Source: a virus
Taxonomy: Duplodnaviria > Caudoviricetes
Virus record (IMG/VR): IMGVR_UViG_3300010352_001202
Reading direction: 5' to 3' (one strand)
Length of the DNA: 64,000 nucleotides
Shown: positions 17,153 through 28,057 of the stretch, piece after piece
How positions within the stretch are numbered: the first letter of the stretch is position 1
Layout: every line of letters begins with the position of its first letter
Position numbers and translations under genes: made by a program
The notes under the pieces: generated by a model
Told to the model about the DNA's origin: nothing
What the model saw: the letters and a program-made list of their open reading frames with translations, nothing else
Databases searched by the model: none

Positions 17153-17229
17153 GCCCCTGTACGCTAATTGGTAGTGCGGACAGACTTAAAATCTGTTGGT
17201 TCCCGGTTCGAATCCGGGGAGGGGTACCA
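17153..17229 (+). tRNA. tRNA-Leu(TAA), short V arm
   Basis: ACAGA-CTTAAAA-TCTGT. Confidence 0.88.
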
Positions 17230-17239
17230 AATTTTCTAA

Positions 17240-17323
17240 AGAATTCTTCCAGCAACATCCTATGGATAAAATTGGTTCAACTCCAATACGCGCCTGTAAC
17301 AGGGCGGGTTTAAAAGAATTCTG
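17240..17323 (+). ncRNA. CAGCAA-family RNA with T-arm
   Basis: AGAATTC/GAATTCT-G, TTCCAGCAA, ATTGG-TTCAACT-CCAAT. Confidence 0.75.
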
Positions 17324-17333
17324 TTTTTACAAT

Positions 17334-17409
17334 TGGGGATTCGCCAAGTGGTTAAGGCACCGGTCTTTGAAATCGGTATACGCAGGTTCGATCCCTGCAT
17401 CCCCTGCCA
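17334..17409 (+). tRNA. tRNA-Gln(TTG)
   Basis: Canonical, loop CTTTGAA. Confidence 0.92.
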
Positions 17410-17423
17410 GATAAATATGTTTT

Positions 17424-18008
17424 ATGAACATATTAGATAATCATAGTCCGTATTATCTTACCTTTCAACATCAACAGTTTGACGAAATAGTTAGGCTTGC
17501 ATCTTCTACTGAAGTTAATAACTGGGACAGGGTTACACCCTTTACTCACGAGTTGTTACCTGCAGATATTGCCGACAAAATAATTTCAATGGTTCCAAAA
17601 TCAGAAGAACTGAAATTAATAAAGGGTCGCGCATCACTTTTTATTTCTAAGCCCGGGCTTTATTACAGAGCCCACAAGGATGGTTTGAGACTGAGATTTG
17701 GTATAAACTATCCTATTGTGATTAAAGATGCGTGCTGCGTAACCCGGTGGTATGACGATAGTGTGTCGCAACATTATGATACTAATTTATTGAAGAATGC
17801 ATCGAGGGAGTTGGAAGGATTTGACCCAGCAAAACATACTCCTGTTCATGAAATAAGTATGAAAGACAATGCAGTGGTATTGTTTAATACAGAAATATAT
17901 CACGACTGGTCGAACCAGAACTCAAATAATATTAGGGTAATTATGGCGCTAAGATCCTCTGACCCTAATATTACATATGATATGGCAAAAGAAATTCTAT
18001 TCGGCTAA
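17424..18008 (+). CDS. Putative 2OG-Fe(II) oxygenase-like protein
   Basis: HKD...H...N...R facial-triad pattern. Confidence 0.55.
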   Translation: MNILDNHSPYYLTFQHQQFDEIVRLASSTEVNNWDRVTPFTHELLPADIADKIISMVPKSEELKLIKGRASLFISKPGLYYRAHKDGLRLRFGINYPIVIKDACCVTRWYDDSVSQHYDTNLLKNASRELEGFDPAKHTPVHEISMKDNAVVLFNTEIYHDWSNQNSNNIRVIMALRSSDPNITYDMAKEILFG

Positions 18009-18024
18009 CATAAAAATTCCATGC

Positions 18025-18056
18025 AGCTCATTGCTTTCGGGCAATGGGCTTTTTTT
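18025..18056 (+). terminator. Intrinsic terminator
   Basis: AGCTCATTGC-TTTCGG-GCAATGGGCT then U-tract. Confidence 0.8.
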
Positions 18057-18082
18057 GTGACTTGAAAAAATCCGAGATAAAT

Positions 18083-18547
18083 ATGCATATTATGACAAAT
18101 AAGATTTCGTTTATAGATTTTGAAACTATATTGCCTATTTGGAGAAATAAACTTTGGCCAGACAGAACATCCGTCATCGAAAGTCATAGTGCAATGATGA
18201 TCACTCCCGGAATATACGATGCAGGTAATTTTAATTTACCTATATGGTATTATGGCTTTTACTTAGATGATATGTTGGTCGGTGTGAACAGCGTGCATGA
18301 ATGCACCGATGGGCTAATAAGGAGTCGTGGATTCTGGGTCGACGACAATTATCGTGGCAGGGGAATAGGTACACAATTGCTTGCAAGCATCGTAAATGAC
18401 ATAAAAATGCACAAATTTAAAGGCATATGGTCATATCCCCGTAAGCAGGCGTGGTCAGTGTATGAGCGTGTAGGTTTTAGATCTATTTCCGACTGGGAAG
18501 AAAGTGAGACAGGCACGAATATGTATTGTTACATGGATTTACAATGA
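18083..18547 (+). CDS. GNAT acetyltransferase
   Basis: VDDNYRGRGIGTQLL; YERVGF. Confidence 0.85.
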   Translation: MHIMTNKISFIDFETILPIWRNKLWPDRTSVIESHSAMMITPGIYDAGNFNLPIWYYGFYLDDMLVGVNSVHECTDGLIRSRGFWVDDNYRGRGIGTQLLASIVNDIKMHKFKGIWSYPRKQAWSVYERVGFRSISDWEESETGTNMYCYMDLQ

Positions 18548-20085
18548 CAGTTGATGTTTTAATTTTCACAGATTGTGCTTCGCGGGCATTTTTAAGAACA
18601 GCAGGTGCATATACGATCGCGACTGTGTTGAGAAAGAATGGCTACACCGTACAGGTTGTAGATTATTTCTTATTATCCGGTTTAGAAAGAGCTCTGGCAA
18701 CGATTGATAAATTTGTAGGCGAGAACACTCTATTTGTTGGATTTGCAACCACATTTATGAATTTAAGTGGGGTGCATTTATCCGAGTCTGCAAAAAATGA
18801 TAAAATGTTTTCATATCATGGATATGAGCGAACTGCATTCGTATTAGGTACAGCAGCATTATCGACTCGTGTACCTGTTTCTGATAATGAGATGGACCAG
18901 ATAAGAGACAGAATCAAACTAAGAAATCCTAAAACAAAGCTGGTAATGGGCGGCACGAAAGCAGACAACAGAAGTCAGCCACAAATAGATACATTTATAC
19001 TCGGGTATGCCGATAACTCAGTTATTGAGTATACGAAATTCCTTGAGGGGAAAAATCCTTTCTTTAGATACACATTAAATGAACATCATCAAATGATTGT
19101 TGACCACGACCTCGATGCATCTGGTTATGATTTTGTTCACTCAACTATCGAATATGACGAGAGCGATCTAATTAAACATAATGAGGTATTGTCATTAGAA
19201 ATTGCACGCGGTTGCATTTTCAAATGCAAGTTTTGCAATTTTAGATTAACGGGAAAAAAGAAAAACGATTACATTAAAGATAAAGAGGTAATTTATTCTG
19301 AATTAATGAATAATTATGAAAGATTTGGCACAACAAAATATTCCTTTGCTGATGATACATATAATGAATCAGTACAGAAGTTAGAACACTTTGCTGAGGT
19401 ATTTCAGAAGTTGCCCTTTAAACTAGAATTTGTTGCCTACCTAAGGCACGACCTTATTTGGCGTTATCCGGAGATGGCTGATATTCTTAGACAGAGCGGA
19501 CTAAAGGTGGCGATGTTTGGAATCGAAACACTAAATCACGAAGCCGGTAAGATTATTGGTAAAGGATTGCCACCAGAGAAAACAACCGAGTTGTTGCATT
19601 GGTTGCGCAAAGAAAAGGGTTGGGCCGGTAATATCTTAATGAATTCGGGATTTATTGTTGGACTACCTACCGAGACGGAAGATACAGTAAATAAATGGAC
19701 AGAAGAGCTTATGGATTTTAATTATCCGTTAGATTCTTTTCTAATAAATCCTCTAGGCATAACTCCGCGTTCTCCTAAATTATCAAAATCCGAATTTGAT
19801 ATAAATTACAAAGATTACGGATATTATTTTGATCCGAAGGTATCTGTGGGATGGATAAACGAACATTGGAGAATCGAGGATGTAAGAAGATTGTGTACAG
19901 TCATTGACAAATATGCTACAGAAATAGGTCGAATTAAATTATACGGATTTAGCACAATGACACTTCATAACTATGGCTATACATGGGATGATATACACAA
20001 TTCTGTATCAGCCAATTATACAAACTCCATTTTCTACGAAACTGTAAAGCAGGCAGATTCATACTATAAAGAATTATTAAAATGA
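18544..20085 (+). CDS. Radical SAM enzyme with B12-binding-like N-terminus
   Basis: RGCIFKCKFC, DDTYN, FGIETLN, GFIVGLP. Confidence 0.9.
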   Translation: MTVDVLIFTDCASRAFLRTAGAYTIATVLRKNGYTVQVVDYFLLSGLERALATIDKFVGENTLFVGFATTFMNLSGVHLSESAKNDKMFSYHGYERTAFVLGTAALSTRVPVSDNEMDQIRDRIKLRNPKTKLVMGGTKADNRSQPQIDTFILGYADNSVIEYTKFLEGKNPFFRYTLNEHHQMIVDHDLDASGYDFVHSTIEYDESDLIKHNEVLSLEIARGCIFKCKFCNFRLTGKKKNDYIKDKEVIYSELMNNYERFGTTKYSFADDTYNESVQKLEHFAEVFQKLPFKLEFVAYLRHDLIWRYPEMADILRQSGLKVAMFGIETLNHEAGKIIGKGLPPEKTTELLHWLRKEKGWAGNILMNSGFIVGLPTETEDTVNKWTEELMDFNYPLDSFLINPLGITPRSPKLSKSEFDINYKDYGYYFDPKVSVGWINEHWRIEDVRRLCTVIDKYATEIGRIKLYGFSTMTLHNYGYTWDDIHNSVSANYTNSIFYETVKQADSYYKELLK

Positions 20086-20603
20086 AAGAAGACTCAATTC
20101 TTACTCACCTTGGCAGGGTGCTAACGCAGCAAGAAGTAACTGATGCTATGACTTATATCAAGTCTAACCGATTACTTTTTGTCAATCGTCCTTACATGTG
20201 TGATGAACAGGTAGGTGGATATCCTCTTGCATATGTATGCCAAAAATCACAAGAACTTGATAGTATTATCAAGGCATTAGAACAGGCATTGTTATCAACA
20301 AGTCATTTAGACAATACACGAATTATCGAGCGTGGCATCGGTATTTCGCCTGAGGATTTATCTTTTGATAATGTTGTTGATAGTAAAGAGATAGCACTGC
20401 TATCTAAACAGGTAAGAATCCCGCTATCGGGGATTTCAAAAATTAATGATGAACTGTTGGGACTAGGGCTTGCTTATATTGTTGATACTGTAAGCGGGTA
20501 TAGTTTCTCAGCGAGTAAAGATTCAACTCATTTGGTATTTAACTTCCTCAGTAACGATGAAGTAAGAAAACCGTGGGAACTATGGAAGAATAGAGAATTA
20601 TGA
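20082..20603 (+). CDS. Hypothetical protein
   Basis: Translationally coupled ORF. Confidence 0.65.
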   Translation: MKEDSILTHLGRVLTQQEVTDAMTYIKSNRLLFVNRPYMCDEQVGGYPLAYVCQKSQELDSIIKALEQALLSTSHLDNTRIIERGIGISPEDLSFDNVVDSKEIALLSKQVRIPLSGISKINDELLGLGLAYIVDTVSGYSFSASKDSTHLVFNFLSNDEVRKPWELWKNREL

Positions 20604-22138
20604 CTGTAGATGTAATTATATTTTCTGATTGCTCTTCTGAAGCATCTATTAGATATGCAGGCGCATATACAATAGCATCTTCATTGCGCGAGGCCGGCTT
20701 CACTGTTCAGGTAGTTGATTATTTTCTGCTTACGGGATTAGAAAAAGCATATAAGATTATTGATAAATTTCTGGGTGAGAATACATTGTTTGTCGGGTTT
20801 TCTACAACATTTATGAATGTCTCGTGGGAGCATAAAAAGGCACACCAGACAGATCCGTCGATGTTTAGATTTGACAATTTTACACAGATGCAATTGGGTG
20901 CATCAACCCATAACGGTTATTCATACGGTGTGCCGATATCCGAAGATGAAATGCTTCAGATTCAGCAGTATATCAAGAATAAGAATTCTAAGACAAAACT
21001 TGTTCTCGGCGGAACAAAAGCAGATTTTACTTATCAGAAATATATTGATACATTTATCCTGGGATACGCAGATAAATCGGCAGTCGAATATGCAAAATTT
21101 CTACAAGGAAAAAATCCGTTCTTTAGGTATAGAATAAATGATAAATTGCAAATGGTCGTTGATTATGACATTGATGCCAAGTCTCACGATTTTGTCAATT
21201 CTCGTATTGAGTATGACTCTAGCGACCTTGCACGCCCAGACGAACCTTTGCCGATTGAAATTTCAAGAGGATGTATTTTTAAATGTAAATTCTGTAATTT
21301 TAGAATGATTGGCAAGAAGAAAAACGATTACATTAAAGACAAGGAAGTAATATATTCTGCGCTAATGAGTAACTATGAAAAGTTCGGTACAACAAAGTAT
21401 TCTATCACTGACGATACATGGAATGAATCTGTCGGTAAGCTCGAGATGTTTGCGGAAGTATGCCAACGATTGCCTTTTAAGATAGAATATGTTTCTTATC
21501 TAAGGCTTGACTTAATATGGCGTTATCCGGAGATGGCCGACCTCCTGAGAGAGACAGGGCTTAAAGCAACAGCATTTGGAATCGAAACACTAAATCACGA
21601 AGCTGGTAAAATTATCGGCAAGGGATTGCATCCAGAGAAAGTCAGGGAAACACTTCATACTCTTAGAGATAGCAAAGGTTGGAGAAATAATATTCTAATG
21701 TTCTCTGGATTCATCGTTGGCCTGCCTACAGAAACAAGAGACACTGTAAATAAGTGGGTAGAAGAATTAATGGACTTTAATTATCCGTTAGATGCATTTC
21801 AGTTAAATGCTTTATTTTTAGGAAACAATAAACATAAATCCGAATTTGATTTGAATTATAAGGATTATGGTTATTGGTATGATAAGAAAGTTTCTACTGG
21901 CTGGATCAATGAGCATTGGCGTGTGGAAGATGCGGGCGAGTTATCTTCAAATATGCACAATTATGGACTTAGCATTGGCCGACTAAAAGCAAATGGATTC
22001 TATTCTATGATTATGCAAAATTACGGATTTACATGGGAAGATGTACACAACACATCAATGGTCGGATATGGATCTTTATTTCAGAAGACTCTTACACATG
22101 CCAACACATACCATGAGAGATTGTTGAACGAAGTATGA
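20600..22138 (+). CDS. Radical SAM enzyme (paralog of 18544)
   Basis: RGCIFKCKFC; long identical blocks with 18544-20085. Confidence 0.9.
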   Translation: MTVDVIIFSDCSSEASIRYAGAYTIASSLREAGFTVQVVDYFLLTGLEKAYKIIDKFLGENTLFVGFSTTFMNVSWEHKKAHQTDPSMFRFDNFTQMQLGASTHNGYSYGVPISEDEMLQIQQYIKNKNSKTKLVLGGTKADFTYQKYIDTFILGYADKSAVEYAKFLQGKNPFFRYRINDKLQMVVDYDIDAKSHDFVNSRIEYDSSDLARPDEPLPIEISRGCIFKCKFCNFRMIGKKKNDYIKDKEVIYSALMSNYEKFGTTKYSITDDTWNESVGKLEMFAEVCQRLPFKIEYVSYLRLDLIWRYPEMADLLRETGLKATAFGIETLNHEAGKIIGKGLHPEKVRETLHTLRDSKGWRNNILMFSGFIVGLPTETRDTVNKWVEELMDFNYPLDAFQLNALFLGNNKHKSEFDLNYKDYGYWYDKKVSTGWINEHWRVEDAGELSSNMHNYGLSIGRLKANGFYSMIMQNYGFTWEDVHNTSMVGYGSLFQKTLTHANTYHERLLNEV

Positions 22139-22968
22139 ATTACACCTTTAGTCCGTTCTCGGTTGATTACGGAAATATCGCAGAACCTGTGCTAGATTTT
22201 AAATCGGAATGCGTGAGGGCTGTACAATTAGCTCAGTCTAAAAATAAGTATAATTTTCCGTTAGTTGTTATGATGAGCGGTGGTATAGATAGTGAATTGA
22301 TAGCACAATCATTGTTAATAGCCGGTGTTGAATTTAAGTGTGTTATTGGTAAACTAATGACACGGTTATCGGATAACGATATAGTATTCAATGAGCACGA
22401 TTATCAATATGCTGTTAGATGGTGTAATGCAAATAACATAGAAGTGATCTATTGCGAAATAGATATATTCAAAGAAAATAGACTGCTGTGCGATTATGCA
22501 CTATACTCAAAGGGGTTTTCGCCACAGTATGCTTGCCACATGTTTATTATGAAGTGGTGTTCGGATAATGGTTATTTTTTCTTAGCTGGTAACGGTGAGA
22601 TGGACTTAGTTCTAAAAGATAATGAATATTACATGCTTGACGAACAGAGAGAATTCACATTGGCTAATTTCTGCAAACTATACAACCTGAGCGGTGTGTG
22701 GCAGTTCTGGAAGCAGGATGGCAGAGTAATTTCGTCATTTTTGAAATTACCTACCGTGGCCGCTCTTATGGAGAAGAAAGTAGAATCTATCTTATCTTAT
22801 AAGCATGAATGCTTTAGTGATGCATTTGTATTTGAAGGTAGAAAAAAGGCCACAGGGTTTGAAAGAATACAAGAATGGGATTATATTCATAGGACCGAAC
22901 TGAAACAAGTAAACGGCCACTTAGACGAAAAGTATTATACACCCGTTTCGCAATTTATAAAGGTATGA
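22135..22968 (+). CDS. PP-loop (N-type ATP pyrophosphatase) protein
   Basis: MSGGIDSE. Confidence 0.7.
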   Translation: MNYTFSPFSVDYGNIAEPVLDFKSECVRAVQLAQSKNKYNFPLVVMMSGGIDSELIAQSLLIAGVEFKCVIGKLMTRLSDNDIVFNEHDYQYAVRWCNANNIEVIYCEIDIFKENRLLCDYALYSKGFSPQYACHMFIMKWCSDNGYFFLAGNGEMDLVLKDNEYYMLDEQREFTLANFCKLYNLSGVWQFWKQDGRVISSFLKLPTVAALMEKKVESILSYKHECFSDAFVFEGRKKATGFERIQEWDYIHRTELKQVNGHLDEKYYTPVSQFIKV

Positions 22969-22969
22969 T

Positions 22970-23551
22970 ATGTTAGCTAATCTTTTTGCATTCGGAAACA
23001 GAAAATATATAAACAATGCGGTAGTTACTGCGGATATCCTATCTTATATTACATCTACATACGGCGATGTAAAGAATTTCAGGTTGCATTTTAGAAAACC
23101 TTTTTTCACACAAGGAAATCTTGTTGTGGCTCCGTATAAGCTCGATGGGCATTTTGTAGGACAATTTGAAATTGATTATGTTCCTATGTACTTTGCATAT
23201 TCGCCCACCGACATTCCTTTAGAGACAAAAGAAGTATCTGTAGATGATGTGCAGGCAGATATAAATATTTTCAGCATGTGTTATTTTGTTGCTGAAAACT
23301 GCCACCAGGCTGTATTGCGTGCATTTGAAAAAAACTATGGTCCGCGAACGGCAGATGATAAATCTATATTCGTAATATACGAAATTCCGAACACATCAGT
23401 GTTCACAAAATTAATACAGGAAAAAAGAATACCAAACCTTACAATTTCTGAACCAGAAATAACTGCTGAACGAAAGTTTAAATTATCTGTATCAGTAGAT
23501 GGAGAATTGTTAGGTTATAGATATAATACAGTAAAGAAGTTTATCTTATGA
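22970..23551 (+). CDS. Hypothetical protein (paralog of 25903)
   Basis: MLAN.F..G.R.Y.NNAV...FRKPF shared. Confidence 0.7.
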   Translation: MLANLFAFGNRKYINNAVVTADILSYITSTYGDVKNFRLHFRKPFFTQGNLVVAPYKLDGHFVGQFEIDYVPMYFAYSPTDIPLETKEVSVDDVQADINIFSMCYFVAENCHQAVLRAFEKNYGPRTADDKSIFVIYEIPNTSVFTKLIQEKRIPNLTISEPEITAERKFKLSVSVDGELLGYRYNTVKKFIL

Positions 23552-24408
23552 AATATTGGGGCGAAAAAGCAGATACACACATTCGCCTGTGTGACACAAA
23601 TGTTTATCAGGGTTATCCCTGTGTCTCGGGAAAAGTTAACGAACACGGATATGTAGACGCACCGTTAGGTAAGAGTGATGTGCTTTATATGGGAACATGC
23701 GATATAATGTCTTCTGTTCCCGTTCCCGAACAGAGATGGGTGGCATTATTGCATAACAAGAAATATTCTAGTTTGCCGTTTATGACTATCGGTTCATCGG
23801 CTGCAGGATTGCCATCTATGGTTCGTAGGCTGCATTCATATGTGTCTAATTATGGTGCTCCTAAGAAACTATTCTTAACTGTTGCTAGATTTGAAGGTTA
23901 CGAATATGTAAACAAATCCGGCAAATGCTACAATGTGAATAGCAGAGTTGGCACCCCTCAATTTCTGAAGAGAAGAGAAATGCTTTCGGATGAGGAATTC
24001 AGCACTTGGCTTCTGCAGGTAAGCAATTACAAAAGGTTGTACAATATTCAGAATAATCAATACATTCTGGAAGAACGGTTTGCATTTATCGAAACCCTAT
24101 GTAAAGCCTATGGCATAGAAATGCAGTGGACCTTTAATTTATCTGATGCGTGTATTGTTGCTATGCATAGAAATATATCTATATTTGAAAATATTTCTTC
24201 CTTTATGAAAGATGCATTTGTTGGATTAGTAAACATAGAAGACGACATGCCCGACAGATCCATGGGATTAAAAACTCATAATAATATCTTCAATATGTTT
24301 ATGAATCCATGCAGCTGGAATTTCAAGCAGCTTGCAGAACAGGCCGAAAATAACTTTAAATGGCTAGAAGAAAAATACCCTGGCAACTTAATAAAGAATG
24401 AGGACTAA
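23548..24408 (+). CDS. SGNH-hydrolase-like protein (paralog of 26481)
   Basis: N..GY....LYMGTCD block; C-terminal D...G..TH. Confidence 0.5.
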   Translation: MKYWGEKADTHIRLCDTNVYQGYPCVSGKVNEHGYVDAPLGKSDVLYMGTCDIMSSVPVPEQRWVALLHNKKYSSLPFMTIGSSAAGLPSMVRRLHSYVSNYGAPKKLFLTVARFEGYEYVNKSGKCYNVNSRVGTPQFLKRREMLSDEEFSTWLLQVSNYKRLYNIQNNQYILEERFAFIETLCKAYGIEMQWTFNLSDACIVAMHRNISIFENISSFMKDAFVGLVNIEDDMPDRSMGLKTHNNIFNMFMNPCSWNFKQLAEQAENNFKWLEEKYPGNLIKNED

Positions 24409-24410
24409 TA

Positions 24411-25376
24411 ATGATCCACAGAAATTATTATACCTGTGGTTTCAACGCAAATTCGAGTCAATGTATTCGAACTGATATATCGGATAAGTGGAGTATAAAT
24501 TTTGATACTAAGGTTATAGAGAAAAGACCTCTAAAAACATTTCGAGAAGAGGTATTACATTCTTGCGAATTAATATATGAAGAGTTCGGCAAATACACAC
24601 CGAAACTAAATTTGTACTTTAGCGGCGGCATGGATTCCGAATGCATGCTTCGTAGTTTTGTAGAATTAGGTATACCTGTAAATCCTATAGTTATTACTCA
24701 TTATTACAGTCCGTTTGCTGACGAAACATTAAATGCTATGCGAGTATGCAACGAACTTTCGGTTAAACCGTTAATCTTTGATTTGAATCTTAGGGAATTA
24801 TACAGTAATAAGAAATTGTATGAGTTAGGTATAAAGTATCAATCGCCAAGACTAGGCATGTTAGAATTATTACATGTTATGGAACAAATTTCTGAACCTA
24901 GTGTATTAGCCGACGATATACAGATGCTTCACATTTCGTCAGATAAGAATTTACTGAATATAAATGAAACTGATTTTTTAGAGTGGATGTATGAAATACG
25001 GGAGGACGAGGACGGTGTTTTCTACAGGTATGAATGTATTACCGGAATACCGACAATTTCTGACTTCTTTAGGTATACACCGCAATCTTGGGCTTCGATG
25101 ATTCTCACCGAAGATATAAAGGACATTATCTTCAATTATAGAGGAAAGGCTTCTGCAACATCGACAAAAAATACAATGATGGCCCGAGAATTTAATGTAC
25201 TGTGGAGGCAAAAGACGGGTGTATTTTTCTCCCCTCAGCATTGGGAAATCAGAAACAGAATTAAGCATGATTTAGAAAATGAGTTATATCCATTTTCAAC
25301 AGCATTAATTACATACGAAAAGTTATTACAATTATTAGGATATCATTATGCTCTGCAGAATACTAACACAAAGTGA
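24411..25376 (+). CDS. PP-loop protein
   Basis: FSGGMDSE. Confidence 0.7.
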   Translation: MIHRNYYTCGFNANSSQCIRTDISDKWSINFDTKVIEKRPLKTFREEVLHSCELIYEEFGKYTPKLNLYFSGGMDSECMLRSFVELGIPVNPIVITHYYSPFADETLNAMRVCNELSVKPLIFDLNLRELYSNKKLYELGIKYQSPRLGMLELLHVMEQISEPSVLADDIQMLHISSDKNLLNINETDFLEWMYEIREDEDGVFYRYECITGIPTISDFFRYTPQSWASMILTEDIKDIIFNYRGKASATSTKNTMMAREFNVLWRQKTGVFFSPQHWEIRNRIKHDLENELYPFSTALITYEKLLQLLGYHYALQNTNTK

Positions 25377-25893
25377 TTACATGGTGTGCAGGGAATTGTA
25401 TGATAAATTCACTGATGCAGATCCACTGCGTCCACCGATTCCCACATTGAATCGGTATTACTTTGGCGACGACGAACCCCTATCTATGGTAATCGGTGCA
25501 TTCGATGAGTACGGAGTATTATCTGTTTGTGTTTTTGTTATATTTTCTAAACACGATCGTTCTATATCTATTCGTTATGTAATGAAGCATCCGTTTGCCG
25601 ATAAGAGCATGGTAGTTGGCGTCCTTGAATTTGTTGCCAATATGTCAAGAAATAGTAATTACTGTAAGATGTATATAAGTTACTTCAACAACCGCGCAGC
25701 AGCATGGGAGAGACTATTAAGAAATTCGGAAATTTTTAATAGATATACCGCCGTGGTCGAGGAAGTAATACCTGCTTCACGCAAGTCTTCTTTTACTAGG
25801 TACTGGACAGAAATGCAGGGTTGTAAAATTTCTCTAGAGCCAATGACAATTAAGATGTATTCATTAAAACAAGAGTTTAGACCTATTCTATAA
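25348..25893 (+). CDS. Possible GNAT-fold protein
   Basis: RILTQSD...VIGAFDE.G.L pattern. Confidence 0.4.
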   Translation: MLCRILTQSDYMVCRELYDKFTDADPLRPPIPTLNRYYFGDDEPLSMVIGAFDEYGVLSVCVFVIFSKHDRSISIRYVMKHPFADKSMVVGVLEFVANMSRNSNYCKMYISYFNNRAAAWERLLRNSEIFNRYTAVVEEVIPASRKSSFTRYWTEMQGCKISLEPMTIKMYSLKQEFRPIL

Positions 25894-25902
25894 AGGATTA
25901 TT

Positions 25903-26484
25903 ATGTTAGCAAATTTCTTCTCAATCGGAGATAGAAACTATCTCAACAATGCAGTTGTTATCTCCGATGCATTAACTATTATTAGCAAGACATTCGGGAA
26001 TGTAGCTGATTTTAAGATACAATTTAGAAAGCCATTTCTTTCGCAGGGCGAGTTTAAGCTTAGTACAGAAAAACTCGATGGCCATATTACAGGACAGTTT
26101 AAGAAGAACGATATGGTGTTTTTCTTTGCATATACACCTACAGATATTTCCTTAGAAGTTAAGGATGCAAACGGTGACGCAGTAAAGAATGATGTTACGC
26201 CGTTTAATGTATGCTATCATGTAACTGATGTATGCCGTGGCGCAATTGAAGAAGGATTTGAAAAGGTTTACGGGCCAATGACAACAAAGGATAAAGTTAT
26301 CTTTGTTATGTTTGAAATTCCATGTACAGCAGTGTTCAACAACATTATTATTGACGGTGCAATGCCTCCTATGACTATTACTCCTGCAGAGCAGACAGGA
26401 GATAGGAGATTCAAGGTGTCTGTTTATGTTGGCGGAAAATTATTGGGACATAGGCACAGCACAGTAAAGGAATTTATTGTATGA
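25903..26484 (+). CDS. Hypothetical protein (paralog of 22970)
   Basis: Visible alignment. Confidence 0.7.
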   Translation: MLANFFSIGDRNYLNNAVVISDALTIISKTFGNVADFKIQFRKPFLSQGEFKLSTEKLDGHITGQFKKNDMVFFFAYTPTDISLEVKDANGDAVKNDVTPFNVCYHVTDVCRGAIEEGFEKVYGPMTTKDKVIFVMFEIPCTAVFNNIIIDGAMPPMTITPAEQTGDRRFKVSVYVGGKLLGHRHSTVKEFIV

Positions 26485-27341
26485 AAAAATACTGGGGAGA
26501 AACGGAAGATAGCCACTTAAGATTATGGACCTCTGATGTCTATCTCCAATATGCGCCTGTAAAACATACCATAACAGAAGAAGGGTATCGTGGAGATAAG
26601 TTACAATCAACAGATGCATTGTTTTTAGGAACATGTGATGTAATGTCAAGCCTTCCCGATAGTAATCTTAGATGGTCTGCATTAGTTCATAAGGAGAAAT
26701 TCTCAGATCAACCATTTATACCGCTGGGTACTGTTGGTTCTGGATTGCACGCAATGGTACGGCGTTTGTATTCATTTATACAAAATCACGGCGCCCCGAA
26801 ATATGTATACATGACTGTTCCGAGATTTGATGGATATGAATATGTAAACAAATCAGGCAAGACATACAGCGTTAGTTCAAGAAAAGGAACAGCAAAGTTC
26901 CTAAAATATGCTAACCTAATAAACGAAGAAGATCTTAGTATATGGTTATCTCAGATTGAAGCAAACAAGAATTTAGAGAATATACATAACAACCAGTATG
27001 TACTTGAAGAAAGATTTTCATTTATAGAACTGTTGTGCAAGGCGCACAACATAGAACTAAAATGGAGCTTCAATCCCAGCGATGCTGGCATCGTATTGCT
27101 GCATAGAAATCTAGCTATATTTGAGCATCTTTCTCCGTTTATGAAAGATTCGTTTGCCGGCTTGGTCGAAATCAAGGATCAGGAAAAAGATAGATCAATT
27201 GGTATAGAAACCCACCGTGCTATCTATCAGCAATTTATTAATCCGGAATCGTGGAATTATGCTACACTTCGAACCAGGGCAGAATATAATCTCGAATGGT
27301 TAAAAACTCGTTACGGTGATAACCTTATCAATAGGGAATAA
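26481..27341 (+). CDS. SGNH-hydrolase-like protein (paralog of 23548)
   Basis: RF.GYEYVNKSGK and NNQY.LEERF shared. Confidence 0.5.
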   Translation: MKKYWGETEDSHLRLWTSDVYLQYAPVKHTITEEGYRGDKLQSTDALFLGTCDVMSSLPDSNLRWSALVHKEKFSDQPFIPLGTVGSGLHAMVRRLYSFIQNHGAPKYVYMTVPRFDGYEYVNKSGKTYSVSSRKGTAKFLKYANLINEEDLSIWLSQIEANKNLENIHNNQYVLEERFSFIELLCKAHNIELKWSFNPSDAGIVLLHRNLAIFEHLSPFMKDSFAGLVEIKDQEKDRSIGIETHRAIYQQFINPESWNYATLRTRAEYNLEWLKTRYGDNLINRE

Positions 27342-27376
27342 TAACGATAAATACCCATACATAGGAGATATTGAGT

Positions 27377-27784
27377 ATGGGATTTATAACATTATTGATG
27401 GGTAATAAAAACCTGATATTAGTCGGGTTGTTACTAGCGGCTTTTGCTGGAACAGGCATTTATGTAAAAGTCCTGAAACATAATATCGAAAGTTGCCAAC
27501 AAGAAAAGGCACTGATCTCGGCAAAACTAGAAGTTTCGCAAGAGGCTGTAAAAAACCTGCAGGCAGCCATTACTGAACAGAATACCGCGATTGATAAGTT
27601 TAAGTCCGCAGCGGACGAAAGAGTAAAAGCAAATCAAGTAGAGCTAAACAAAGCTCAGAATACAGCAAATGCATTCAAGCAGCAGGCAACTGATATAATG
27701 AAGTTTGTTCCACAGCCCGGTGTTCCTAAATGTGATTCTGCAAACTCCCTAATCAATATGGAGATCAAAAATGCTAAAAAGTAA
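27377..27784 (+). CDS. Putative i-spanin (Rz-like)
   Basis: N-terminal TM, coiled coil, overlaps a lipoprotein gene. Confidence 0.7.
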   Translation: MGFITLLMGNKNLILVGLLLAAFAGTGIYVKVLKHNIESCQQEKALISAKLEVSQEAVKNLQAAITEQNTAIDKFKSAADERVKANQVELNKAQNTANAFKQQATDIMKFVPQPGVPKCDSANSLINMEIKNAKK

Positions 27785-28049
27785 TCTATTGGCATTATCC
27801 TTGGCTGTGCTATTATCTGCATGCGCATCGGGACCTGCACCTGTAATGGCTCCACTTATTCAAAAAGTTGAAGTTCCTATTGCTGTTCCTTGTAAAGTAG
27901 CCGTTCCTAAGTTACCGTCTTTCAATTTTGATGAACTAAATATTGATCAGGATATTTACGAAAAGGTACGCGCATTGCTTGTAGATAGGAAGTTACATCT
28001 CGGATATGAGGTTGAACTTTTGGCAGCATTAAATTCCTGTATAAAATAA
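27771..28049 (+). CDS. Putative o-spanin lipoprotein
   Basis: Lipobox LSAC, Pro-rich, VPIAVPC. Confidence 0.7.
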   Translation: MLKSNLLALSLAVLLSACASGPAPVMAPLIQKVEVPIAVPCKVAVPKLPSFNFDELNIDQDIYEKVRALLVDRKLHLGYEVELLAALNSCIK

Positions 28050-28057
28050 AATCTATT

